Assembly: GCA_021796435.1 (NCBI GenBank)
Contig: JAJYXM010000016.1
Location: forward strand, 182,625 to 246,624
Direction of reading: 5' to 3'
From: a bacterium
GTDB taxonomy: Bacteria; Patescibacteriota; Patescibacteriia; 2-12-FULL-60-25
DNA: 64,000 nucleotides
Part shown: one piece after another, positions 40,564 to 53,801 of the stretch
How the letters are laid out: the number at the start of each line of letters is the position of its first letter
Numbering within the stretch: the first letter of the stretch is position 1
The notes under the pieces: model-generated
Told to the model about the DNA's origin: nothing
What the model saw: the letters and a program-made list of their open reading frames with translations, nothing else
Databases searched by the model: none
Position numbers and translations under genes: made by a program

Positions 40564-40627
40564 AGCACGAAGGGCGGATAGAATCCGCCCTTTGCTATTG
40601 TCCATAATCGCGCTAATCTAAAGGCAT

Positions 40628-40939
40628 ATGAACGTGAATACGCGTGAAATGATAGGTGTCCCGGTCAAGACGAAAGCAGGTCTGCTCTTGGGTAGGTTGA
40701 AAAGCCTGGATTTCGATGCTGACACGGGCAGGCTGGATGCCTTGCGCGTAAAAGTTAGAGGTCCGGTGCCGGGTCTGTTGGATGATGAGCTTCTGATAAC
40801 TTGGGTGCAAGTTATTTCGATGGACGATAAGGAGATAACCGTAGCCGATAATTTCGCGGCGCAAGGTGCGGCTAAAGTGCGTAAATGGTTCGCCTTGTTG
40901 AGCGGTTCGCGGCCAGTGGTCACTTCATACCGTACATGA
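40628..40939 (+). CDS. PRC-barrel domain protein
   Basis: 103 aa with a PRC-barrel-like pattern (MIGVPVKTKAGLLLGRLKSLDFDADTGRLDAL.V). Its stop overlaps the next start (ATGA). Confidence 0.55.
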   Translation: MNVNTREMIGVPVKTKAGLLLGRLKSLDFDADTGRLDALRVKVRGPVPGLLDDELLITWVQVISMDDKEITVADNFAAQGAAKVRKWFALLSGSRPVVTSYRT

Positions 40940-41850
40940 ATACCCGTGAGATCAGGGACGCTGTCCTACGTACGCTGTGTTTCCACGCGGCCTGGCGGCA
41001 TCTTCCGACGCGCGTCGAGCTGCTTTCGACTTTGGACATGCGCGGAGCTGCAGCCGCGGAGGCAGAGGACGTCCTGATCGTGCTGGATAACCTTAAGGCA
41101 GAATCGGTCGTGACGGAGCGAGATGGTCGGATCGGTTTGGCCGAGTTTTTCGATGCTTTATCGGAGTCGGCGTTGTCATATGAGCGTTTCCAACCTAGGA
41201 AAAGGAGACGTGCGATGAAGGTCGCGGCGTGGCTATCTCGTTGGAAGGCCGTCAGGTTCGTGGCTTTGGCGAATACCTCGGCATTGGGTGACGCGAGAGA
41301 CGACGGAGATTTGGATTTTTTCGTCGTCGTGCACCATGGGTCGCTTTGGTCGACACGGTTATTTTTGGGTGGTGTGTTCAAGCTGTTGGGCATGCTGCCG
41401 AGCGATAGGCGTACTCGAGATACTGTCTGCCTGTCTTATTTCATAACCGATAAGTCATTGGATCTGTCGCATCATATGTTGGAAGGCGACGATCCGTATT
41501 TCAGATATTGGTTCATGTCATTGTTTCCGTTATTCGATGACGGGATCGGAGAGAAAATCTGGGCAGCGAACAAGGAGGTATTGGCGCGACATCCTGCTGC
41601 AGGCGGCTGGATTGCTCCGCCGGATTTCGCAGTATCTCCAGCTTTTCGCCTTCCTTTGCCCATGTGGGCTGAAGGTTTGGCACGTGGATTCCAGATGCGT
41701 TGGTTCCCGCCGAAGATAAAGGAATCGATGAATAAGGATGTGCGTGTGATGGTCGGGGACGATGTATTGAAACTGCATGTCACGGATAGACGCGAAAAAT
41801 ATCGTGAGGATCATCGAATCTTATGCCGCAAATACGGAATAGCTCCATAG
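40936..41850 (+). CDS. nucleotidyltransferase-fold domain protein
   Basis: hG[GS]-x10-DhDh pattern (ANTSALGDARDDGDLDFFVVV). The internal ATG at 40936 was chosen, translationally coupled to the upstream gene. Confidence 0.5.
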   Translation: MNTREIRDAVLRTLCFHAAWRHLPTRVELLSTLDMRGAAAAEAEDVLIVLDNLKAESVVTERDGRIGLAEFFDALSESALSYERFQPRKRRRAMKVAAWLSRWKAVRFVALANTSALGDARDDGDLDFFVVVHHGSLWSTRLFLGGVFKLLGMLPSDRRTRDTVCLSYFITDKSLDLSHHMLEGDDPYFRYWFMSLFPLFDDGIGEKIWAANKEVLARHPAAGGWIAPPDFAVSPAFRLPLPMWAEGLARGFQMRWFPPKIKESMNKDVRVMVGDDVLKLHVTDRREKYREDHRILCRKYGIAP

Positions 41851-43208
41851 ACCGCCTGAAGGTCAGTTTAGCTAAGCTCAAAACCAGAAGGGCTTGGTTC
41901 GAGTTGTCGTGGCGCATCGCTTTGTTGCTTCTACCCTGGCAAACTCGGTGGTTTTACGATCAGAATTTGGCGGGATGGCCATGGGAACAGGGTAGGTGGA
42001 GCGTGTATTTCGTGTGGTTACCGATGCTCGCCACGCTATACCTCGGGTGGCACTATCGTGAGAACTTGGTGGGGAAGAAGCCGAAGATTATCGTCGCCAT
42101 AGCAGCTGTCATCCTCTTGCTGGTTAACGTGGTCGCAGTCGCATTCGGTACGGATTCTGCGATATCACACCTGAAGATCGTCGCTGTAGCGCAGTGGTGG
42201 ATAGAGGTGGCGTTGTTGGTCGGTTTTTTCTTCATCCTTTGGTCGACCAAGACAGCTCGGCAAAAAGTCTTGGTCTGGTTCGTGTTGTCGTTATTGCCTG
42301 TCGTCGGTTTGTCCTATCTTCAGTTTCTGATGCAGAAGGTAATCGGTTCTAAGTGGCTAGGCATGGCTGCGCATGATTCGCGCTGGCCTGGGGTATCCGT
42401 CGTGGAGTACGGGGAATTCCGTTGGTTAAGGGTCTATGGCAGCATGCCACATCCGAACATTTGGGGAGGCTGGCTGGCTGTCGGAATTTTGGCTGCTGTC
42501 TCGGTGGCGCATGAGGCAGCGGAAAAAAGGACGGCACTTTTCTGGTCTTGCGCGGCAGCAGCTATATCCGGAGCCTTAGTGCTGACTTTTAGTCGGACGG
42601 CATTCTTGGCAGCCGCGTGCGGAACGACCATCTTGGCGATTTTCTTTTTCGTGCGGCGGAAGGCTGACGCTGCAGCGTTCCAGTTCGGTATGCTGGCGTT
42701 TTGTTTGGTTTCGCTTGTCGCCGGGATAGTCGCTTTTTCGCAGCGTGAGGTCATCATGTCGCGTGTACAGGACCTTGGACGCTTGGAGACCAAAAGCCTG
42801 GAACAGAGGGGGGAGAGCATGGCGGATGGTCTGGAGATATTGAAGCATCATCTGTTCTTCGGTTCGGGCGTGAATGCGGAACAAGCCGACATCGCAGCAG
42901 ACTGGGCGAAAAAACAAAACACAACACGAGAGGAATTGCGTTTGCCGGAACCGATCGAGTCGCCGCACAATTCATTCCTCTTGCTTTTGGTGGATTTCGG
43001 TATCTTCGGAAGCTTAGTGATAGGTGCGCTATGCGTCTTTCTTCTTTTCAGGAAAAAAGGAATAGCCGGTTTGCCTTTTTTAGTCGCTTTGGTGCTACTC
43101 CTGTGGTTCGACCATTACGGCATCTCGTATTGGTCGGGCATCTCTTTAGTGGCTTTCACCCTATATATCTATTTGGCACAAGATCCGGATCAGGCTCTAC
43201 AGGTATAG
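41823..43208 (+). CDS. O-antigen ligase (Wzy_C)-like polytopic membrane protein
   Basis: About 10 TM segments with a Wzy_C-like core (LVLTFSRTAFLAAACG). Confidence 0.55.
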   Translation: MPQIRNSSIDRLKVSLAKLKTRRAWFELSWRIALLLLPWQTRWFYDQNLAGWPWEQGRWSVYFVWLPMLATLYLGWHYRENLVGKKPKIIVAIAAVILLLVNVVAVAFGTDSAISHLKIVAVAQWWIEVALLVGFFFILWSTKTARQKVLVWFVLSLLPVVGLSYLQFLMQKVIGSKWLGMAAHDSRWPGVSVVEYGEFRWLRVYGSMPHPNIWGGWLAVGILAAVSVAHEAAEKRTALFWSCAAAAISGALVLTFSRTAFLAAACGTTILAIFFFVRRKADAAAFQFGMLAFCLVSLVAGIVAFSQREVIMSRVQDLGRLETKSLEQRGESMADGLEILKHHLFFGSGVNAEQADIAADWAKKQNTTREELRLPEPIESPHNSFLLLLVDFGIFGSLVIGALCVFLLFRKKGIAGLPFLVALVLLLWFDHYGISYWSGISLVAFTLYIYLAQDPDQALQV

Positions 43209-43714
43209 ACGAAGGCTGGCGGTATATTCAGCGGCACCAGGTCCGTCTCGACCGATTTGAAGATGCTTTTTAGCTCTTCCAGACTGGTCAACGAGTATTG
43301 GAACATGATGAAACGGCCATCCTGATGAAGGCTGTTCTTGATCAGGCGGAAGGCCTGCAGACGTGTTTCTTTCGGCATGTTCGCGAAAGGTATGCCGGAA
43401 ACTATGGCATCGTAAGCCGTAGGGTTGCCGGTCAGGAATTTTTGGACGTCTCCTTTGATGCAATTGCAGCTTGAAAATTTTTCGCGGCAAATCGCATGGA
43501 AGTCGTCGTCCGATTCCACTAGGGTAAGTCGCGTAGGGGAGTCGAGTTTCTTCAGGATCAAGTCGGTGATAGCTCCGTCGCCAGGGCCCATCTCAAGAAC
43601 CGTATCAGACGACTTGATGCTGTTCGTCATACGTTCGGCCAGGAATTTGGAGCTGCGCGTAACGGATCCGATGGCTTTCGGATTCTTGAACATTTTCTTG
43701 AGCCACCAAAGCAT
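43190..43714 (-). CDS. class I SAM-dependent methyltransferase
   Basis: Motif I VLEMGPGDGAIT. 174 aa. Convergent with the ligase-like gene and overlapping it. Confidence 0.75.
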   Translation of the reverse strand: MLWWLKKMFKNPKAIGSVTRSSKFLAERMTNSIKSSDTVLEMGPGDGAITDLILKKLDSPTRLTLVESDDDFHAICREKFSSCNCIKGDVQKFLTGNPTAYDAIVSGIPFANMPKETRLQAFRLIKNSLHQDGRFIMFQYSLTSLEELKSIFKSVETDLVPLNIPPAFVYTCRA

Positions 43715-43829
43715 GGGGGGATGATAGCCTTATTTAGGCAGTTAAGTCGAGGGCATTCCAAAAAAGTCTATAAATTGGTAGTGTCTTGACACGTTTAGCC
43801 AACGATTGCATATTTAAGTCCAAACCTTG

Positions 43830-43856
43830 TTAGCACTCTCAAGTGTAGAATGCTAA
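43830..43856. promoter_or_regulatory. CIRCE (HrcA operator) upstream of groES
   Basis: TTAGCACTC-N9-GAATGCTAA (one mismatch to consensus), 57 nt upstream of groES. A TTGACA -35 box lies upstream. Confidence 0.8.
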
Positions 43857-43912
43857 TGAGGCATCAAAAAGCATAATAAATCTAACCAAATAATTAATTT
43901 TAGTCATTCTTT

Positions 43913-44203
43913 ATGCAACTACTTCCCTTAGGCGACCGTGTCATCGTCAAACCGGCCGCGAAAGAAGAAATGACCAAGGCGGGAATCATCCTGCCGGAAA
44001 CATCCAGCAAGGAACGCCCGGAACAGGGTGAGGTAATCGCCGTAGGTCCGGGACGTCTTTTGGAGAACGGTTCCCGCGCCGCGATGTCGCTCAAGGTGGG
44101 CGATAAGGTCGTGTTCAAGAAGTATTCGCCGGATGAGGTGAAGCTCGACGATGTGGAATATCTCGTCGTCTCCGAATCAGACGTAATGGCGGTGATCGAA
44201 TAA
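43913..44203 (+). CDS. groES: co-chaperonin GroES
   Basis: 96 aa (LKPLGDRVIVK..., mobile-loop region, ...GDKVVFKKY...). Confidence 0.95.
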   Translation: MQLLPLGDRVIVKPAAKEEMTKAGIILPETSSKERPEQGEVIAVGPGRLLENGSRAAMSLKVGDKVVFKKYSPDEVKLDDVEYLVVSESDVMAVIE

Positions 44204-44298
44204 TTTGATATTTCGGGTCCTGCCGCGTCTCGTACTTTTCGAACGGATCCGCCTTGGGCGGACCGCGAAAAGTGCTCGCCGCGTCACCCGATACATAA

Positions 44299-45945
<1,647 letters not shown>

Positions 45946-45994
45946 GATTGTATCTGAATGCATGGAAGGGTGAGCTGCGGGCTCGCCCTTTTGC

Positions 45995-46405
45995 GTGACA
46001 ATGCCTAGCATCTATGCTATTCTTTGCCCAGAATTATTAACTAATATCCTTATGTCAGAAGACTTAAAAGCGACCCCGGTCCCGAATTTCGACAAGAAAG
46101 ATATCGAAGATAACAAAGCATTAGCTGCCATCGGCTACATCGGCATCTTGTGCCTCATTCCTCTCTTGGCCAAGAAGGAATCCAAATTCGCTCAGGAGCA
46201 TGGCAAACAGGGTTTCGTCCTGTTCTTGGCTTGGGTGGCTATCTGGATCTTGGGCATGGTGCCGATCATCGGTTGGTTCATCATCTGGCCTCTCGGTTTC
46301 ATCGTCCTGACCATCGTCTCGATCGTCGGCCTCGTCAAAGCCCTACAGGGCGAGTTCTGGGAAGTGCCGCTTATCGGAAAATTCCGCAGTAAGGTGAACT
46401 TCTAA
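45995..46405 (+). CDS. DUF4870-like small membrane protein
   Basis: Two or three TM helices (AAIGYIGILCLIPLLAKKES...VLFLAWVAIWIL...). The start is ambiguous (45995 or the in-frame ATG near 46053). Confidence 0.55.
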   Translation: MTMPSIYAILCPELLTNILMSEDLKATPVPNFDKKDIEDNKALAAIGYIGILCLIPLLAKKESKFAQEHGKQGFVLFLAWVAIWILGMVPIIGWFIIWPLGFIVLTIVSIVGLVKALQGEFWEVPLIGKFRSKVNF

Positions 46406-46590
46406 ATAGACTTCCGTTTTTGGCGCATTACTTTGTCGGAATCTCCGTTTTTCGTTCGTCGTACACTTAAGTACGCCTTACGAAAATACTCGATTCCTTC
46501 GCGTACTGCATCCAAAATCGAAAGTCCTTGTTTTGGGTGAGTTAAATGTGTAAATTGGTGGGGCCCGCGTTGCGGGTCCCATTTGATACG

Positions 46591-47721
46591 ATGATACAAG
46601 AATTATCCGACCGCATAGCCGCATTACGCACCAAGCTCGACGAAGCTTGGCGGATTTTGGATTTGGATGCCGTGCGCGAAGAGGTCGCGGCATTGGAGGC
46701 GGAAGCCGCAGCCCCTGATTTTTGGAGCGAGCCGGAGCGGGCCAAGCGGGAATCGCAGAAGCTGGCTGATCTGAGGAAGGATTTCGATAAGTGGTCAGAG
46801 CTGCGCGGAGAACTGATTGATTTGGCGGAGATGGCGGCGCTGGCTGAATCCGAGAAAGAGGCTTCCTTGGAACCGGAGATAGAGAAGAAGCTTATCGAAT
46901 TGGAGGGACGATACGAGAAGCAGGAATTCCAGATGCTTTTGGGCGGTCCGCACGACGAATCGAGCTGTGTGCTTTCGGTGCATGCCGGAGCAGGTGGGAC
47001 GGATGCGCAGGATTGGGCCGAGATCCTGATGCGCATGTACTTCCGTTATGCCGAGAGGAAAGGCTGGAAAGTCCGTTTGGTGGATGAAAGCCGCGGGACT
47101 GAAGCGGGGATAAAATCAGCGACTTTCTTCGTCGAAGGGCGGTATGCTTACGGCTATCTGAAAGGCGAGGCGGGCGTGCATCGCCTGGTGCGTCTTTCGC
47201 CGTTCAATGCGGACAGCCTGCGCCAGACATCGTTCGCACTGGTAGAGGTGATCCCCGAGATCAACGAAGACGTGAACGTGGAAATCAAACCTGAGGATTT
47301 GCGCATCGATACCTTCACTTCCGGAGGCAAAGGCGGGCAATCCGTGAACACGACATATTCCGCGGTGCGCATCGTCCATCTGCCCACCAAGATAACCGTC
47401 TCGTGCCAGAACGAACGTTCACAGACGCAGAACAAAGAGACGGCGATGAAGATCCTGAAGTCACGTCTGATGCAGCTGAAGGAAGCCGAATTGCAGAAAG
47501 AGAAGAAGGAATTGCGCGGTGAATTCCATAGCGCAGAATGGGGAAGCCAGATACGTTCTTATGTCTTGCATCCCTATCATATGGTCAAAGACCTGCGTAC
47601 AGGATTCGAGACAGCGGATACGGATGCGGTGTTGGATGGTGATTTGGATGGCTTCGTCGAAGCGGAATTGCGTCAGGGCATTAAGCCCGGGGATTTCAGG
47701 GAGGAATTGAACAAAGAATAA
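46591..47721 (+). CDS. prfB: peptide chain release factor 2
   Basis: SPF tripeptide motif (RLSPFNADS) and GGQ (SGGKGGQSVNTT). The frame is continuous from the ATG at 46591 with no programmed +1 frameshift site. Confidence 0.9.
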   Translation: MIQELSDRIAALRTKLDEAWRILDLDAVREEVAALEAEAAAPDFWSEPERAKRESQKLADLRKDFDKWSELRGELIDLAEMAALAESEKEASLEPEIEKKLIELEGRYEKQEFQMLLGGPHDESSCVLSVHAGAGGTDAQDWAEILMRMYFRYAERKGWKVRLVDESRGTEAGIKSATFFVEGRYAYGYLKGEAGVHRLVRLSPFNADSLRQTSFALVEVIPEINEDVNVEIKPEDLRIDTFTSGGKGGQSVNTTYSAVRIVHLPTKITVSCQNERSQTQNKETAMKILKSRLMQLKEAELQKEKKELRGEFHSAEWGSQIRSYVLHPYHMVKDLRTGFETADTDAVLDGDLDGFVEAELRQGIKPGDFREELNKE

Positions 47722-47722
47722 C

Positions 47723-48343
47723 ATGAGGGTGATCTCTTTTAACGCAGGAGCGGATAAGCAGGCAGTCGAAAAGGCAGCCGAAATCTTGAAACTGGGTGGC
47801 GTCATCGCATATCCGACGGAGACGACGTATGGTCTAGGCTGCGATCCCAGGAGTCATGCCGCTTTGGCGAAGATATACAGGCTCAAAGAAAGGGATAAGG
47901 GGAAAGCTTTGCCGCTTATCGCCTGTTCGATGGAGCAGGTCGAGAAGTTGTTCAAGTTGACGCCTCAAGCAAAGGAATTGGCGAAAGAATATTGGCCCGG
48001 GCCTTTGACCTTATTGCTGGAGCCGGCGGACATGTCGTTACGGAAATTCATGCCGGTGTTCAAGGATGGATTGACGGCAGTACGCGTTTCCTCGAATCAG
48101 TTCGCCAGCGATTTGGCGTGCGCTTTCGGTTTTCCGATTGTGGCGACGTCAGCCAACATGAGCGGGGATCCGGCATGTCTTTCCGCAGCCCAAGTAATGG
48201 GTTCATTCATGCATCGAGAAACGGAAGACCAGCCGGATTTGATCATCGATGGCGGTGAGCTTGAACCATCAGAGCCTTCGACGATCGTGAAGTTCGATGG
48301 CGATGAAATCAAGATCGTGAGGCAGGGGGCGATCCAAATATGA
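47723..48343 (+). CDS. tsaC: L-threonylcarbamoyladenylate synthase (TsaC/YrdC family)
   Basis: YrdC fold motifs (GGVIAYPTETTYGLGCD, ...LPLIAC...). Confidence 0.85.
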   Translation: MRVISFNAGADKQAVEKAAEILKLGGVIAYPTETTYGLGCDPRSHAALAKIYRLKERDKGKALPLIACSMEQVEKLFKLTPQAKELAKEYWPGPLTLLLEPADMSLRKFMPVFKDGLTAVRVSSNQFASDLACAFGFPIVATSANMSGDPACLSAAQVMGSFMHRETEDQPDLIIDGGELEPSEPSTIVKFDGDEIKIVRQGAIQI

Positions 48344-49200
48344 GTCCGACGGAGATAAAGCAGATATTGGCGAGCTTGGGTGCGCGACCGAACAAAGGGT
48401 TGGGGCAGAATTTTTTGATCGATCAGAAGACGCTGGAGATTATCGTCGAGACGGCTGCCGTAAAGCCGGGTGATCTGGTTTTGGAGGTCGGTCCTGGTCT
48501 AGGTGTTTTGACGCGGGAACTTATGGACAAGGGAGCAGATGTCGTAGCGATAGAGCGGGATAGGCGGTTTGTCGATTATCTAAAGAGGGAGGTAGGGGCG
48601 AATAATCATTCGCCCGTACGAATCGTTCATGGTGATGCGGCGGATGTGCATTGGCACGAGCTGATCGGTGAGGGGACGTGGAAATTCGTGTCCAATCTGC
48701 CGTATTCGATGACTTCGTTCGCTTTGCGTAAAGCTTTGTGGGCGCCTAAGCCTCCGGAGAACCTTGTGGTGTTGGTACAGCGGGAAGTGGGGGAAAGGGC
48801 TACGGAAACAGCGGGTCGAACCGCGTACCGCGTACCGCGTTCCGGAAAGACCTCGCTGCTTTCTTTGATGGTGGCGTTGTCATCTGAATCCTCCCGAATA
48901 GTACGGCGTGTGCCGGCTGGGTGTTTTTTTCCGCCGCCGAAAGTCGAATCAGTCGTCTTGCAGATAGTGCCGATGCCGTGGGCGGAGAGGGAAAAGAAGT
49001 GGGGAATCAGTCCGGAAAAAATCATGGAAGTCGCGAAAAGAGGTTTTGCTCATCCGCGTAAACTTTTGAAATCGAATCTGGCCCAAGAAGGGGTGGATGT
49101 CGAATCGTCTTTGCGTGATTTAGGGATAAATGAGAAAGCGCGGGCAGAAGACCTGTCCCCGGAGGATTGGGCAAGTTTGACACAGGCAATATCTGTTTAA
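48340..49200 (+). CDS. rsmA: 16S rRNA (adenine1518/1519-N6)-dimethyltransferase
   Basis: LGQNFLID, SAM motif LEVGPGLG and C-terminal PPPKVES. Overlaps tsaC by 4 nt. Confidence 0.9.
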   Translation: MSPTEIKQILASLGARPNKGLGQNFLIDQKTLEIIVETAAVKPGDLVLEVGPGLGVLTRELMDKGADVVAIERDRRFVDYLKREVGANNHSPVRIVHGDAADVHWHELIGEGTWKFVSNLPYSMTSFALRKALWAPKPPENLVVLVQREVGERATETAGRTAYRVPRSGKTSLLSLMVALSSESSRIVRRVPAGCFFPPPKVESVVLQIVPMPWAEREKKWGISPEKIMEVAKRGFAHPRKLLKSNLAQEGVDVESSLRDLGINEKARAEDLSPEDWASLTQAISV

Positions 49201-49262
49201 ACGGAAAAGCGCCAGGTGCAGAGGACACGAGCTGTGTCTGCACCTGGACGCTTTGTAGGAGG

Positions 49263-50183
49263 TTAGTCGCCGTTCGCTGCCTTGGGGGGCTTTGCGACGC
49301 CGGCTTCGATCAGGAGCTGACCGAGGGTGCCGACTTTGTCGTGCGACTTCTGGCCCTTGCGTCGTTCACGCTTGGGCGTTGGTTTCGGGTTGGCGGATTG
49401 CCGAGCTCCGTGGTCGCCGGAAGTAGCCGTCGCAGGTCGTTGGGCGGCGAGGGCGCGTCGTTCGTAGGCGATTGCACGGTCGAGCCATGCTCTGGCTTCG
49501 TGCTCGGCTTCGGTGACATCCTTGTCACCTTGCACCAAGATTTCTACCACGGCCGAGATGATCACGGATCTGAAGACTTCGATTTCGTCGTCCGTGTAGT
49601 CGTTGCCGAGCAGCGTGGTCGCCTCGTAGACCTCGTGGAGAGTGGAGCGGGCAGCCGCCATCTGCGCCTGCTCCGGCTTCATCTCACCCGTCGTGAAAGC
49701 TTTGGTCTTTTCTTTGAGAATTTTTCTGATCTGCTCGACCGTCAGCCTTGTCGAGGTGGCGGCATCGGGCTTGCGGGCCCTAGCCTCCTCGCGTTCGCGG
49801 ACACGCTCCACGGCTTGGAGCGCGCCGAGGAGCGCACCGTCGATATCGCTCAGGATCTCGTCGAAGAAGCTCGAGGCGCGTTGTAGCGCTTGCCGCTTCG
49901 CTTCGTCCGTCGCGCTCTTGGCGTTTTCGGCAAGAGCCTTGAGATCGATGCCGCGCTGCGCTGCGCTGGCCAACGCCGCTTCGTAGTGGGGCCAGCTGCC
50001 TTGTTCCGCATCCACATTCTTGACGGACAGGGGGCGTTCTTTCTTCGGAGGGTAAACCCCGAGTTGGGTTGCCGCCCGGAAAGCGGCAATGGTTTCGTCG
50101 GTGATTTTGCCCGTGTCGCGGGCTTCCTTGACCGCTTCCGAGGCAGCCAGGATGCGCGCACACTGCTCTGGGTTGAATCTCAT
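49263..50183 (-). CDS. hypothetical Ala/Arg/Glu-rich protein in a GC-rich (about 62% GC) patch
   Basis: 306-aa ORF with composition very different from its neighbours. No recognisable motifs. Confidence 0.45.
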   Translation of the reverse strand: MRFNPEQCARILAASEAVKEARDTGKITDETIAAFRAATQLGVYPPKKERPLSVKNVDAEQGSWPHYEAALASAAQRGIDLKALAENAKSATDEAKRQALQRASSFFDEILSDIDGALLGALQAVERVREREEARARKPDAATSTRLTVEQIRKILKEKTKAFTTGEMKPEQAQMAAARSTLHEVYEATTLLGNDYTDDEIEVFRSVIISAVVEILVQGDKDVTEAEHEARAWLDRAIAYERRALAAQRPATATSGDHGARQSANPKPTPKRERRKGQKSHDKVGTLGQLLIEAGVAKPPKAANGD

Positions 50184-50412
50184 CTGAAACTCCTTTTGGG
50201 CCGCAGCCCGGTTGAATCGACAAAGGCCATGGCATGGCCCGAGCTCGGTAATGAAGGCGAAATCCGCCTTGAGAAGGAACTCGCATTTATATCAAAAATA
50301 GGCCTTTTTGTCAAGTATTTGATTGACAAAGGTTATAAAAATAGAGGATTTTTTGTTATTCGGAGACAAAAAACGTCCGGATTTACCGGACGTCTGTTGT
50401 GACTTACCTAAA

Positions 50413-51252
50413 TTAGACTACAGTATCTTCGTGATGTTGCTTCTTTTTACCCCGGATTGCAAAGCCGATAATCAGACCTACGAGCAGGATGACTGCACCG
50501 CCAAGAACAGCGTTGGTTATGCTGACGCCGGTTTCTACCGGGGCTGCTTCGGTGACGATCGTGGGGGCTGTTGCTGCCGGTAGATCAGTCGGCTCAGGTT
50601 CCGTCACGGCTTCTTCAGTCGGTGTAGCGGCTGTATTTTCATTGACGGTCGGCGGAACGGCTTCCGGTATAGACAACGCAATATCCTCGGATTCGGTCGT
50701 TTGTTTTAAGGCATTACTGGATGAAAGTCTGAGATGCATCGTGCCTGGCGTGGCCGGAATGATCATCTGATGATCAGTCGTCAGCGTCGTGTCTTCCAGC
50801 GTCTTGCCATATGCATCGGTTGTGCCGTATTCGACCTTGCTGGTCGCGTCTTTATCGGTCGTCCAAGTTATTTCGAGTAGTTTGCCGTCAGTGGAGAATT
50901 GGGTATCCAAGATGCGTGGGCCCTTGATGAGATCAGGAGGAATAACGATGGGTTGGAGCGGTAAAGGCTGTAGGTTCTTGAGCAGGTCTGGGTCGATGGT
51001 CGTCGAGCCGCTAGCGGATGATGTCGTCAGGGTGGGCAATAAGATTGGATCGACTACGAATTTAGGAAGAGTTGAGGTTTGGGTCGTCGAAGTCACGATT
51101 GGATCAGCTGTTATAGTGACCTGGGGTGTAGTTTTGATGGGAGTTATGGTTACTGGCGTGGGGGCGGCAAGTGCGCAGGCTGCGAAGCCTAGAGTGGCCG
51201 CTAAAGTGGTGAGAAAGATAGCTTTTTTCATATGGCTGGAGTTTAGCAACAC
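50413..51252 (-). CDS. Thr/Pro-rich cell-surface protein with an FN3-like segment and a C-terminal TM anchor
   Basis: Signal peptide (MKKAIFLTTLAATLGFAACALA), an FN3-like block (EITWTTDKDATSKVEYGTT), a C-terminal hydrophobic helix and a KKK tail. Confidence 0.6.
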   Translation of the reverse strand: MLLNSSHMKKAIFLTTLAATLGFAACALAAPTPVTITPIKTTPQVTITADPIVTSTTQTSTLPKFVVDPILLPTLTTSSASGSTTIDPDLLKNLQPLPLQPIVIPPDLIKGPRILDTQFSTDGKLLEITWTTDKDATSKVEYGTTDAYGKTLEDTTLTTDHQMIIPATPGTMHLRLSSSNALKQTTESEDIALSIPEAVPPTVNENTAATPTEEAVTEPEPTDLPAATAPTIVTEAAPVETGVSITNAVLGGAVILLVGLIIGFAIRGKKKQHHEDTVV

Positions 51253-51350
51253 TGCAGGTTTTGGGGAAGAATATTCTGCTTCCGGTCAAGTCTTGTTTTG
51301 GCTGTAAAAATCTAATAAATCCTGCCATAGGATGTCCTATTTTTGGCCTC

Positions 51351-51379
51351 TTGACAGGCATCGCAGAATTGGGTAATCT
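51351..51379 (+). promoter_or_regulatory. candidate rRNA promoter
   Basis: TTGACA, 17 nt, TAATCT, about 220 nt upstream of the 16S 5' end. Confidence 0.45.
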
Positions 51380-51596
51380 GCCCGCACGTCCTACAGCCCT
51401 TCAAGAGGGAGCTTAAAAAAGGAGATAACCCCACGCCACAAGCGTGGTTTCGATATCCTCCCGGACGAAAATCGGACTTCGACAACAGAAGAGTGACTAG
51501 AGACCATATCGGGTTCTACGTAAGTAATTAGACGAAGCTTCGGCTTCGTAGATGAAAACATGATTGATCCCTCCGACCTACCAGGATCGGAGTGGA

Positions 51597-53104
<1,508 letters not shown>

Positions 53105-53358
53105 TAGGGAGAATATTTATCTCGAATTTATTCGGGATTAGATTCCCAGGTCGATTACTTTGCAGCAATGCAAAGAGTCACCCCGGTGTGGTCATAGTCA
53201 CTTTTCTGAATGTCGAAACAAGACATCCGCGTAAGCGGGTGTTTTTGGTATAAAAAAAGTATTTGGTACCTCGTACCGCGTGCTTCGTGGGTGCTGGGAC
53301 GTTGACAGCACAAGCGAAACTGCTATATATGACAGCGAGTTCTTTTGGAGGGCTGAGC

Positions 53359-53655
53359 ATGGAAGACGAGGATCTCTACAGGGCGATCGAATTTTTGGAA
53401 CGCGGACAGGCGCTGGTGACTCCGGCACACGCCGTGATAAAGAAATTCGGTGGCCAGTTGGTGGCCGTGCGTGTGGGTTGTGGCGAGCCTGTAGTCTACG
53501 AGCTCCGTAGCTCGTGGCACGCCGTGGAGTGGATGAACCGTTGGGATATGCGGCTCTGGCCGACGGTCGAGGCTATAACCAAACAGCTGCCGAATGACAT
53601 GGATGAGGTCCATTATGTAATCCGGTTATTGCTCGACCAGCCGACACTCGGCTAG
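53359..53655 (+). CDS. hypothetical small protein (98 aa) immediately downstream of the 16S rRNA
   Basis: ORF in a GC-rich patch. A strong RBS (GGAGGG) lies 6 nt before the ATG at 53359. No family assignment. Confidence 0.35.
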   Translation: MEDEDLYRAIEFLERGQALVTPAHAVIKKFGGQLVAVRVGCGEPVVYELRSSWHAVEWMNRWDMRLWPTVEAITKQLPNDMDEVHYVIRLLLDQPTLG

Positions 53656-53801
53656 GCTCAAGGAGCCCCTGCATCGCTGAGGATACGACCATCGGTCGCT
53701 CCTTGCGGTGCTTTTCGTTTGTTAATAAGAAAGACGCACCGGAAAGACTGGCAGTAACGGGCGTTTTTGTTTTTCGGGTCGGTTGGATATGATGTGGCAG
53801 T

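Noticed and set aside
50489-51307. Plus-strand ORFs 50489-50770 and 50789-51307
   Set aside because: Antisense to the Thr/Pro-rich surface protein gene. Repetitive Val/Gly/Ser translations.
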